DNA of 64,000 nt, from the NCBI GenBank assembly GCA_964552565.1, contig CAZKGL010000001.1, forward strand, positions 119,649 through 183,648, written 5' to 3'. Shown piece after piece: positions 56,265 through 64,000 of this stretch. The position numbers were made by a program, and so were the translations under genes. Positions within the stretch are counted from its first letter, which is position 1; every line of letters begins with the position of its first letter. Source of the DNA: an uncultured Gammaproteobacteria bacterium. GTDB taxonomy: Bacteria; Patescibacteriota; Patescibacteriia; UBA9934. Below the pieces are notes generated by a model that did no database searches, was not told where the DNA came from, and worked only from the letters and a program-made list of their open reading frames with translations.

Positions 56265-57800
56265 GTGCCCAACTTGCGCAGCATCTACCATCTCGCGGAG
56301 GAGCGAACGCGTTTCGCTATTTTTGGACTTGCCGTCTTGCTCCTCGTCGGCATCGCCGGCGTCGTGTTCTTGTCGCCGTCGCTCACGCTCGCGCTCGTCG
56401 CGGCGCTCGGCGTCGTCTTTGTCAGTTTTGTCCGGCCGACATGGACCTTGTTCTTCCTGATGGTCTACCTGCCGTTCGAACCGTTCCTCCTCAAGTGGGT
56501 GCCGGACGACGTGTACGTCTACGCCCGCTATTCCTCCGAGTTGCTGGTCTACCTTCTTGTCGCCGTCGTCGCTTGGAAAATATTTTCCGGTGTCCTGCCG
56601 TTCAAGCGGACGCCGATCGACCTCCCGTTCGCCGCGTTCTGCATTATCCTGCTCGCGTCGACGCTCATGAATTTTTCCGAACCGCTCGCCGCGATCCTCG
56701 GCGGTAGGCAAATTCTCCGTTTCGTCCTCCTCTACTTTGTGACGGTGCAGCTCTCGCCGACTATGACGTTCATGCGCACCGCGGTAAAGGCGCTGGTCGC
56801 CGTCGTCGCGGTACAAATCGTCCTTGGGGCCATGCAGGCGGTCCTCGGCGGGCCGATGGACGCATTCTTGCTGCCGACGGAGCGCCGTACGGTGGGGGAG
56901 ATCCAGCTCACCGCGGGCACGGTGCAATTTTGGGACCCGGGGCAGCGCGTGTTCGGCACGCTCGGCCGCTACGACCAGCTCGGGACGTTCATGGCGTTCG
57001 TCCTCCTCCTTATGGCGGCATGGCTGTACGAGCACCGCGACACCCCCAAGCTCACCAGCTGGTGGGCGGTCTTCATCCCCGCGCTTCCGATCCTCGCGTT
57101 AACGTATTCTCGCTCCGCGTGGTTCGGATTCCTCCTCGGCTTCCTGTTTATCGCGGTTTGGGCGAAGCGCGACCGGCGCATCGTCGTCGGTACCGCGGTC
57201 GTCACGGGGCTGCTCGCGCTGTACCTCATCGTGTCCGGCCTCGCCGTCAACCGCCTTGTCGACGTTGCAGATCAGTCGTTTGCGGAACGGTTCTTCGAGG
57301 CGTTTTCTGCGGAGCGATGGAGCGGCGAATACTATGGCCTCGGCCGCGTGTATTGGATCGTGCACACGGTCATCAGCGTCGTCCCTGCGGCGCCGCTGTT
57401 CGGCCACGGCCCCGCGAGCTACGGGGCGGGGGCGGTCGCAGCGCTCAAACACACGCGCGTCTACGACGAGCTCGGCCTCCCGTTCGGCGTCTACGGCACG
57501 GAAGGCTACATCGACAACAACTGGTTCAGCCTGTGGGGCGAGACCGGCACGCTCGGCCTGGCCGCGTATGTGTGGATGTACGCGACGTTGTTCTTGCTTG
57601 CGGTCCACGTGTGGCGCAAGGGGAAAACGGAGGACGTCCGCGCGCTCGGCCTCGGCGTGGCCGCGGCCATGCTCGCGGTCGCCGTCAATGCGTTGTTGGC
57701 GACGTATCTCGAGGCGCGCACGCTGGCGCCGTACCTTTGGATTTTCGCCGGACTCGTGACCGTGCTCGCCGACCGCATCGAGTCCGAACACGCGACGTGA
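56265..57800 (+). CDS. O-antigen ligase/polymerase-like (Wzy_C family) membrane protein
   Basis: About 12 TMs with a large periplasmic loop containing YSRSAWFGFLLG. Confidence 0.7.
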   Translation: MPNLRSIYHLAEERTRFAIFGLAVLLLVGIAGVVFLSPSLTLALVAALGVVFVSFVRPTWTLFFLMVYLPFEPFLLKWVPDDVYVYARYSSELLVYLLVAVVAWKIFSGVLPFKRTPIDLPFAAFCIILLASTLMNFSEPLAAILGGRQILRFVLLYFVTVQLSPTMTFMRTAVKALVAVVAVQIVLGAMQAVLGGPMDAFLLPTERRTVGEIQLTAGTVQFWDPGQRVFGTLGRYDQLGTFMAFVLLLMAAWLYEHRDTPKLTSWWAVFIPALPILALTYSRSAWFGFLLGFLFIAVWAKRDRRIVVGTAVVTGLLALYLIVSGLAVNRLVDVADQSFAERFFEAFSAERWSGEYYGLGRVYWIVHTVISVVPAAPLFGHGPASYGAGAVAALKHTRVYDELGLPFGVYGTEGYIDNNWFSLWGETGTLGLAAYVWMYATLFLLAVHVWRKGKTEDVRALGLGVAAAMLAVAVNALLATYLEARTLAPYLWIFAGLVTVLADRIESEHAT

Positions 57801-57801
57801 T

Positions 57802-59016
57802 ATGCGCGTCATCCAGGTGCACAAATATTTCCATGAACGCGACGGGGCGGGGCGGTCGATGCTCGCGCTCATGCGGCTGCTCGACGGGGCGGGGCATGTC
57901 ACCGCGCCGTTTGCCATGCGCACGCCCGAGAACCTTCCGACGCCGTGGGAAAAGTTTTTCGTCTCGCCGCTCGACACGCGCAGCCCGGGCAAGGGGGGCG
58001 CTGCGGTGCGCCAGTTCATGCGGTCGCTGTGGTCGCGGGAAGCCGCTCGCAAGCTCGACGGCATGATGTACGCGTTCCATCCCGACATCATCCATGTCCA
58101 TAACATCATGACGCACCTCTCGCCGTCGGTGCTCGCCGCGGCGCGTCGGCGCGACATCCCGGTGGTGATGACGGTGCACGACTACGCGCTCCTCAGCGCG
58201 AACTATGCGCTGTGGGACCGCGACCGTGCCTTGCCATTTGCCGTGCCCGGGCTTTTCCGCACCGCGGCGACGCGGTTTATGAAAGGGTCGTGGCTCGCCA
58301 CGTGCGCGGTTGAAGCGATCCGGCAGCTCCACATGCGCCTCGGGCTCGTCGACCACGCCGTCGACCACTATATCGCGCCGTCCCTATTCGTGCGGCGCGC
58401 GCTCATGCTGCTTGGCATCGCCGAGTCGCGCATCACCGTCATCCATCCGCCGGTTTCCATGCCGGAAGACGCGCCGCGGCATGACGAAGGGTACGTCCTC
58501 TACGTCGGACGCCTGGAAGCGTACAAAGGCGTCGCAACGCTCATCGAGGCGATGCGCGCGCTGCCGAACGTCCCGTTGCGTATCGTCGGCGACGGCCCGG
58601 ACCGCGCGCGGCTCATGGGGCTTGCGCGCGGGATGCGCAACATCACGTTTGTCGGTTTTGCGCAGGGCGCCGCGCTGTGGGACGAATACGCCGGCGCGCG
58701 GGCGGCCGTCGTGCCATCCGTATGGTACGAGCCGTTCGGCATGGTGACGCTTGAGGCCATGGTGCGCGGCGTGCCGGTTATCGTGAGCGACCGCGGCGGG
58801 CTTCCGGAGATCGTGGAGGACGGCGTTTCGGGTTTGGTCTTCCCGGCGGGTGAAGCGGGGGAGTTGGCAAAGCGGATTCGGGCGCTTACGGAGGATCCCG
58901 GAAAGGCCTCGGCCATTGGCGCCGCAGGGCGGGAGCGGGCGGGAATGATGGGGGATCCGGACGCCCATATGGCGGCCGTTTTGGACGTGTATACCCGAGT
59001 TTTGGAAAGGCGGTAG
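57802..59016 (+). CDS. glycosyltransferase family 4 (GT-B fold)
   Basis: C-terminal EX7E-type motif (YEPFGMVTLEAMVRGVPVIVSDRGGLPEIVEDG). Confidence 0.85.
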   Translation: MRVIQVHKYFHERDGAGRSMLALMRLLDGAGHVTAPFAMRTPENLPTPWEKFFVSPLDTRSPGKGGAAVRQFMRSLWSREAARKLDGMMYAFHPDIIHVHNIMTHLSPSVLAAARRRDIPVVMTVHDYALLSANYALWDRDRALPFAVPGLFRTAATRFMKGSWLATCAVEAIRQLHMRLGLVDHAVDHYIAPSLFVRRALMLLGIAESRITVIHPPVSMPEDAPRHDEGYVLYVGRLEAYKGVATLIEAMRALPNVPLRIVGDGPDRARLMGLARGMRNITFVGFAQGAALWDEYAGARAAVVPSVWYEPFGMVTLEAMVRGVPVIVSDRGGLPEIVEDGVSGLVFPAGEAGELAKRIRALTEDPGKASAIGAAGRERAGMMGDPDAHMAAVLDVYTRVLERR

Positions 59017-59112
59017 GGGCTGTGGATAACTTTTGACAAGGGAAGGGGAATAGAGCCAAAAAGGCCTATTTTTTGTTGACAGTAGCTGAGTTTCCTGCTA
59101 GGATACCCGGTT

Positions 59113-60273
59113 ATGCTTATCGCGATGATCGGACAAAAAGGCGTTCCGGGCCGCTTCGGCGGTATCGAAACCCATGTCACCGAGCTCGCCACTCGCCTCA
59201 CCCGCGAGGGTTTTGCCGTCGTCGCGTACGCGCGCCCGTGGTACTCGGGCAAGGGGCTCGACCGTTACAACGGCATTCGGGTCATCACCCTCCCTTCCCT
59301 GCGCACGAAACATCTGGACGCGATCACGCACACCCTCTTCGCCGTGCTGCATGCCTGTTTCGTCGTGCGTCCCGACGTTTACCATTTCCATGGCGTCGGC
59401 CCTTCCCTGCTCGCCTGGATTCCGCGCCTCCTCGCGCCGAAGGCGAAAGTGGTGACGACGTTCCACTGCATCGACCGCCATCATGCGAAGTGGGGACGCT
59501 TCGCCCAGTTCATGCTCCGTCTCGGTGAACGCGCCTGCCTGAAGTTCGCGGACGAGTGCATCGTCGTCAGCCGCACGTTGCGCAACTATGTCGAGGTCGA
59601 GTACGGCGCCAAGGCGACGTACATCCCGAACGGCATCACGCCGCGCCGCGCCGCGGCCGACGACCGCCTGCTCGCCCCGTTTACGCTCCAGCCGTTCCAA
59701 TACGTGGCGTTCGTCGCCCGCCTCGTGCCGCACAAGGGCGCGCACACCCTCATCGACGCCTGGAAGAAGGCGCGCAAGGACCATCCGGATATCATGCGCG
59801 ACATGAAGCTCGCCATCGTCGGCGATTCGGCGTTTACGGACGACTACGTGCGCACGCTGAAAATCACGGCGATCGACGACCCGTCCATCGTGTTCACCGG
59901 CTACCAGAGCGGTGAGACGCTGGAGGCGATCTTCGCCGGCGCGCGCTTCACGGTGAACCCGTCGACGAGCGAGGGCCTCCCCATCGCCGTCCTCGAAGCG
60001 ATGAGCTACGGCAAGGCGGTGATCGCGAGCGACATCCCGGCGCACCTTGAGGTCATCAACGAGTACGGCGTCCCGTTCATGACCGGCAGCGTCGAGGACC
60101 TTGCCGAGAAGATCGCCGAGCTCACGAGCGACCCGATGCGTTCCGCCTCGCTCGGCCACGTCGCCCGCACCTTCGTCGAGCAGCACTACCACTGGGACGA
60201 CATCGCGGAGCGCACCATGCTCCTCTATGGCGACACCCGCCCGGCTCCCGAGGGCATCCTCGTGACCGGGTAA
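59113..60273 (+). CDS. glycosyltransferase family 4 (GT-B fold)
   Basis: GVPGRFGGIETHV N-terminus. C-terminal EGLPIAVLEAMSYGKAVIASDIPAHLEVIN. Confidence 0.85.
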   Translation: MLIAMIGQKGVPGRFGGIETHVTELATRLTREGFAVVAYARPWYSGKGLDRYNGIRVITLPSLRTKHLDAITHTLFAVLHACFVVRPDVYHFHGVGPSLLAWIPRLLAPKAKVVTTFHCIDRHHAKWGRFAQFMLRLGERACLKFADECIVVSRTLRNYVEVEYGAKATYIPNGITPRRAAADDRLLAPFTLQPFQYVAFVARLVPHKGAHTLIDAWKKARKDHPDIMRDMKLAIVGDSAFTDDYVRTLKITAIDDPSIVFTGYQSGETLEAIFAGARFTVNPSTSEGLPIAVLEAMSYGKAVIASDIPAHLEVINEYGVPFMTGSVEDLAEKIAELTSDPMRSASLGHVARTFVEQHYHWDDIAERTMLLYGDTRPAPEGILVTG

Positions 60274-60311
60274 CAAAACACGCCGCACGTCCGTGCCGCG
60301 TGTTTTGTGTT

Positions 60312-60626
60312 TTATGCGTCGTTGGTTTTCGGCTGCTCCTTCTCCTTGAGCACGTCGGGGTTTGGCGAGTACAAGGTGTTCTTGATGCGCCACTGTTCGA
60401 CGAACTGCCCGATCCCTTTTTTGTCCCGCTTGTTTCGGACCGTGGTCGAGGACTGGGACCACTTGAGGAGGGACTCGAAGTTAATTTTGTACCGGCCCTG
60501 GACCACGATGTAGCTCACTTCCTTCTCTGCGATCGCGCGGCGGACGGTGCGCGGGCTTACGCCGAACATCCGTGCGGCTTCCGAAACCGTGAGCCGGATG
60601 ACGTGGTCGAGCGGGGAATTCTCCAT
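60312..60626 (-). CDS. helix-turn-helix DNA-binding protein (excisionase/HTH_17-like)
   Basis: LTVSEAARMFGVSPRTVRRAIAEKEV HTH. Region is noticeably lower in GC. The start is taken at the ATG of MENSPL. Confidence 0.6.
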   Translation of the reverse strand: MENSPLDHVIRLTVSEAARMFGVSPRTVRRAIAEKEVSYIVVQGRYKINFESLLKWSQSSTTVRNKRDKKGIGQFVEQWRIKNTLYSPNPDVLKEKEQPKTNDA

Positions 60627-60640
60627 ATGGCGCAAGCTTA

Positions 60641-60668
60641 CGTTTGGCTACTCTAGCGTAGCCAAACG
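60641..60668. promoter_or_regulatory. 28-bp near-perfect palindrome (candidate operator) between divergent HTH and ECF-sigma genes
   Basis: CGTTTGGCTACTCTAGCGTAGCCAAACG, with 1 mismatch. Confidence 0.45.
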
Positions 60669-60771
60669 CGCGAATTGCGTCAAGAAATGTATTGCATTTG
60701 CTGGGCTTTCATGCCACTATGCCCGTCAATCTCCAGGTGTAACATTTCGGCTGCCTTTTGCATCTATATTC

Positions 60772-61293
60772 ATGCAACGCGCCAAACAACAATTCCTCGC
60801 CTTCCGGGTATTTCGCTTTCGGGACGCCGACGCGTACCAAACGCTCTACCGGGAATATGTCGAGCCCATCGAGCGGCAGCTTTCGCTGAAACTTCCCCGC
60901 CGGGAAGACGTCGATGAGCTGACGAGCGAAGTGTTCCTTCGCGGGTGGGAATACATGACGGCAAACCGCGTCGAGCACCCCCAAGCATTCTTTTTCCGGA
61001 TCGCGGGCAACCTCGTGGCGGAGTTCTACCGGAAGGCCAAGCCGACCGAGGAACTCGACGAAGCCTCCGCGGTGCCGGCGGCGGGGTCGCTGGCAGAAGA
61101 TGTCGCGAGTAGCGATGCCCTCCAGCAGTTGCTTGAGAAGGTCAGCCGGCTCAAAGACGAGTACCAGGCGGTCATCCGCCTCAAGTACATCGAAGAGCGT
61201 TCGATCGAAGAGATCGCGCGCGAGCTCGGCAAGAGTGCGACAAACGTCCGCGTGCTCCTCTATCGCGCAAAACGCGCATTCCAAAAATTGTGA
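60772..61293 (+). CDS. RNA polymerase sigma-70 factor, ECF subfamily
   Basis: Region 2 (FFFRIAGNLVAEFYRK) and region 4 HTH (SIEEIARELGKSATNVRVLLYRAKRAF). Confidence 0.85.
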   Translation: MQRAKQQFLAFRVFRFRDADAYQTLYREYVEPIERQLSLKLPRREDVDELTSEVFLRGWEYMTANRVEHPQAFFFRIAGNLVAEFYRKAKPTEELDEASAVPAAGSLAEDVASSDALQQLLEKVSRLKDEYQAVIRLKYIEERSIEEIARELGKSATNVRVLLYRAKRAFQKL

Positions 61294-62456
61294 ACCGTTC
61301 CGCCGAAGAACAATTGCAGTCGCTCGCCGCGCTCAAGAACGACCCTCGCTTTGCCGCGAGGACGGTTGCGTTTCGCGAGGCGCAGGAGGCGGAACTCATG
61401 GTTGCGATCGGCGGGCGCCAGACCGCGGCGACGTACGGGTGGCGCGACTACGTTTCCTATATTCGTGAGGTGAAGTTCCCGGCGGTCGGGCGATCATTCA
61501 GCGCCGCCGCGGCCGCAGTGGTCGTCATGCTCGGCGGGTGGATCACGACGGTCGACGCCGCCGCCGACAGCCTCCCGGGCGATCCGCTCTACGGCTTCAA
61601 GCTTGTGACCGAACAGGTCCAGCTCCGGCTCGCCTCGCTCGAGCGCCGCGCCGTCCTCCATACCGAGTTTGCGGAACGCCGCCTCGAAGAGGTCGTCGCC
61701 CTCCAGCAATCGGGCGCCGCAAAGGACGAAAACGTGAAGGTCGCGGTGAATGCCTTTACCCGGGAGATCGCGTCGGCCAACCAAGACCTGCAAGCGCTCA
61801 TCCAGAGCGGAAGCCAGGAAGCGCTGGCCGCGGCGACCGAGGTTCAAGGGAAACTGAGCGGGTTCGATGCGGCGCTTGACGAAACGGTCGCGGCCGCGGC
61901 GAGTATAGAGGTTTCGACCGAGGTCCAGGGCGCAAAGGACGCCGCGCGCGAAACCCAATCGACGGCAGTTTCCGTCGTGGTCGATACGCACGAGGAACAG
62001 GGCGACGAATATTCCCAGCGCGAACTCCAGGACATGTTCCAAGGCGAGCTCGGCGACCTGCGCGGACGGCAGACGTTCGACCTCCACCGCATCGAGGTCG
62101 TGGAAGCATCGCTCGTCATGCATGCCGGACGGCTCGAGGGCGTCGCGGTCCCGACCGCGGACGACTTCACCTCCCTCCGTTACGCGGTCACGTCGGCGGA
62201 CGACGGCATCTCTGAGGCGATGAACCTCTTCGCAATCGGCGGCTACCGCGCCGCGTTCGAAAAGCTGCGCAGCGTCGACGGCGAGCTCCTCGCAGTCGAA
62301 GCGCGCCTCGCGCAAACCGAGATCGCCATCGTCACTGCGCTGAACGCGCCGACGCCGGAACCGGTTGATGCATCGGAAGAAACGGATGACGAAGCCGATA
62401 CCCCGACAGAGGAACCCCCACTTTCACCAGAAACGGCGACAAACGAGACCGAGTAG
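61290..62456 (+). CDS. putative anti-sigma factor (single-TM, DUF5667-like extracytoplasmic domain)
   Basis: ATGA overlap with the sigma gene. About 85-aa cytoplasmic region, TM (AAAAAVVVMLGGWITTV), and a PGDPLYGFKL motif. Confidence 0.5.
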   Translation: MNRSAEEQLQSLAALKNDPRFAARTVAFREAQEAELMVAIGGRQTAATYGWRDYVSYIREVKFPAVGRSFSAAAAAVVVMLGGWITTVDAAADSLPGDPLYGFKLVTEQVQLRLASLERRAVLHTEFAERRLEEVVALQQSGAAKDENVKVAVNAFTREIASANQDLQALIQSGSQEALAAATEVQGKLSGFDAALDETVAAAASIEVSTEVQGAKDAARETQSTAVSVVVDTHEEQGDEYSQRELQDMFQGELGDLRGRQTFDLHRIEVVEASLVMHAGRLEGVAVPTADDFTSLRYAVTSADDGISEAMNLFAIGGYRAAFEKLRSVDGELLAVEARLAQTEIAIVTALNAPTPEPVDASEETDDEADTPTEEPPLSPETATNETE

Positions 62457-62629
62457 GCGCACGCATTTCCTTCAGGCCTGATCTTCTGCGCAAGGTCATG
62501 CCCGAAGGGAATGCGCTTGCATCCCTACTATCCATCCATAAAGGGCAACGTAGCAAAGGTCGAGACCGCATGGTCGCGCTGCCCTCGGTTCTTAACCCCG
62601 TAAGGGGATACTAGAGAATACGAGTACTT

Positions 62630-64000
62630 ATGCAACAGATGTTGCACACAGGGAAACGTGTCGTCTCCGCCGTTGTTGCGGCCGCGACGATCGCGGTGAC
62701 CGTCGGGCTCGCAGGTCTCATTGCGCCTTCGCAGGCCAATGCGGCTTCGGCCGGCGACCTCATCAAGGGGTCGCTTTCGACCGTGTACTACTACGGTTAC
62801 GATGGCATGCGCTACACGTTCCCCGATGAAAAGACCTACATGACGTGGTTCAGTGACTTCGATGATGTCACGACCATTTCTGACAGCGCACTCGCGGACC
62901 TCGAGCTCGCTGGCAACGTCGTGTACCGCCCGGGTTCGTACTTCGTGAAAATCACGAGCGACCCGAAGGTATACGCGGTCTCGACCAATGGTTCCATTCA
63001 CTGGGTTGAATCTGAGGAAGTCATGGTAGATTACGCCGGCTCGAACTGGGCCTCGGCGATCCGTGACGTCCCGGATGCCTTCTTCGTTGACTACACGGTT
63101 GGCGCTTCGCTCATGTCGGCCACTGCCTTCGATGGCATGCTCTACATGGACGGCGGCAGCTACTACATTGCTTGGGATGGTGAAAAGCGCATGCTGAGCA
63201 GCGCTGGCCGCTCGGCCAACAACCTCCAGGCCGGCTTCTTCTTGGACGGCTCGGGTATCGATGACAGCTCGCTCACGGCCGGTGATGACATCACCAGCAG
63301 CGTGACCGCGCTCATGGACCCGGCGCAGACCGAGACGGAGATCGATGGTGAAGCCTCTGGCGACCTTGAGCTCTCGCTCTCGTCGTCGACGGCGGCCGGC
63401 GCGTCGCTCCCGCAGGGTGCGAACTCGGTCCCGGTCTTCAGCTTCGATGTTGAAGCGGGTGCGGAAGACGCCTCGCTCGACAGCCTCGTCCTCAGTGTTG
63501 GCGGCGCAGGTGCGACGACCGACATCTCGAACGTCTACCTCTACGACGGTTCCACCCGTCTCACGGAGGCGCGCTCGGTGAACGCGTCGACCCGCCAGGT
63601 GACCTTCTCGAACCTCGGCTACGAAGTGGCCGCTGGCGAAGAAGCGACCCTCACGGTCCGCATCGAGGCTTCGTCGACTGCAGTCGCGGCTGACACGTTC
63701 AGCTTCGAAATCGAGAGTGTCGACGATGTCGGCGCCTCGGGTGACGTTGATGGTGACTTCCCGATCGAGGGCAACACCTTCACCTTCACGGGCAGCGACG
63801 CCGGTTCGGTCCTCATCACCAAGTCCGGTTCGATCACGAACCCGACCCTCGGCGAGCAGGATGCGGTGATCGGTATGTTCAAGATGGCTCCGTCGAGCGA
63901 GAACGCCTCGATCGAGGAAATCCTCGTCAAGGTGGACAACGCTTCGGACCACAGCGACTTCTGGCTCTGGGACGGTGAGGAATCGCTCGTCGAAGGTGAA
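62630..64000 (+). CDS. secreted repeat protein (3'-partial, runs off the window)
   Basis: Signal peptide (AATIAVTVGLAGLIAPSQANA), then Ig-like ~90-aa repeats. No stop codon through 64000. Not in the ORF track because it is open-ended. Confidence 0.55.
   Translation, partial: MQQMLHTGKRVVSAVVAAATIAVTVGLAGLIAPSQANAASAGDLIKGSLSTVYYYGYDGMRYTFPDEKTYMTWFSDFDDVTTISDSALADLELAGNVVYRPGSYFVKITSDPKVYAVSTNGSIHWVESEEVMVDYAGSNWASAIRDVPDAFFVDYTVGASLMSATAFDGMLYMDGGSYYIAWDGEKRMLSSAGRSANNLQAGFFLDGSGIDDSSLTAGDDITSSVTALMDPAQTETEIDGEASGDLELSLSSSTAAGASLPQGANSVPVFSFDVEAGAEDASLDSLVLSVGGAGATTDISNVYLYDGSTRLTEARSVNASTRQVTFSNLGYEVAAGEEATLTVRIEASSTAVAADTFSFEIESVDDVGASGDVDGDFPIEGNTFTFTGSDAGSVLITKSGSITNPTLGEQDAVIGMFKMAPSSENASIEEILVKVDNASDHSDFWLWDGEESLVEGE

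Noticed and set aside
60280-60640. HTH excisionase-like gene in a lower-GC patch considered as evidence of a prophage or integrative element
   Set aside because: No integrase, att-like direct repeats or phage structural genes are in view. It is called only as a regulator.

Overview
This 64 kb window is a high-GC (~65%) bacterial chromosomal segment. It is densely packed with single-copy housekeeping genes, interrupted by two blocks of large secreted or cell-surface proteins and by several families of short structured intergenic repeats. Housekeeping genes recognised: topA, folC-like, dprA, pth, der/engA, an LCP-family gene, lepB, hisS, rpsU, yqeY, hflX, ybeY, dgkA, ftsA, ftsZ, nrdR, pyk, infC-rpmI-rplT and smpB. 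RNA genes recognised: tRNA-Val(CAC), tRNA-Asp(GTC) and a tmRNA (ssrA) directly downstream of smpB. The organism may be a CPR/Patescibacteria-like bacterium. The support is inferential: rpsU together with an LCP gene, ftsA-ftsZ and hflX-der-pth linkage, and very large proteins carrying the two-helix pilin-like N-terminal domain described for CPR type-IV-secretion-like pilins. This placement cannot be verified without a database search. The most notable region is 19.1-32.9 kb. It holds two tandem paralogous surface proteins (620 aa and 3120 aa) sharing a signal-peptide plus TM-hairpin 'WMTAGG' N-terminus. The giant one carries IPT/TIG domains, Myxococcus-type cysteine-rich (DUF4215-like) repeats and a C-terminal vWA domain. 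They are followed by three tandem bitopic membrane proteins with bacterial TSP3-like Ca-binding repeats. All of these are co-directional and tightly packed between hflX and ybeY. A second block at 48.5-56.2 kb encodes five secreted or lipoproteins built from acidic MopE-like putative metal-binding repeats. These genes are flanked by duplicated about 180-nt leaders (with a covarying UUCG hairpin) and duplicated about 125-nt 3' elements. Other features: two families of about 90-nt palindromic REP/MITE-like repeats flanking hflX, ftsZ-nrdR and pyk; a recurring UAGCCGGGG...CCCCGGCU terminator hairpin; a 26-bp perfect palindrome present twice; a Wzz/Wzy/GT4 polysaccharide locus; and an HTH-regulator, ECF sigma and DUF5667-like anti-sigma module. 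No CRISPR arrays, transposases or integrases were seen. Many long antisense ORFs in the six-frame track are GC-driven shadow ORFs and were rejected.
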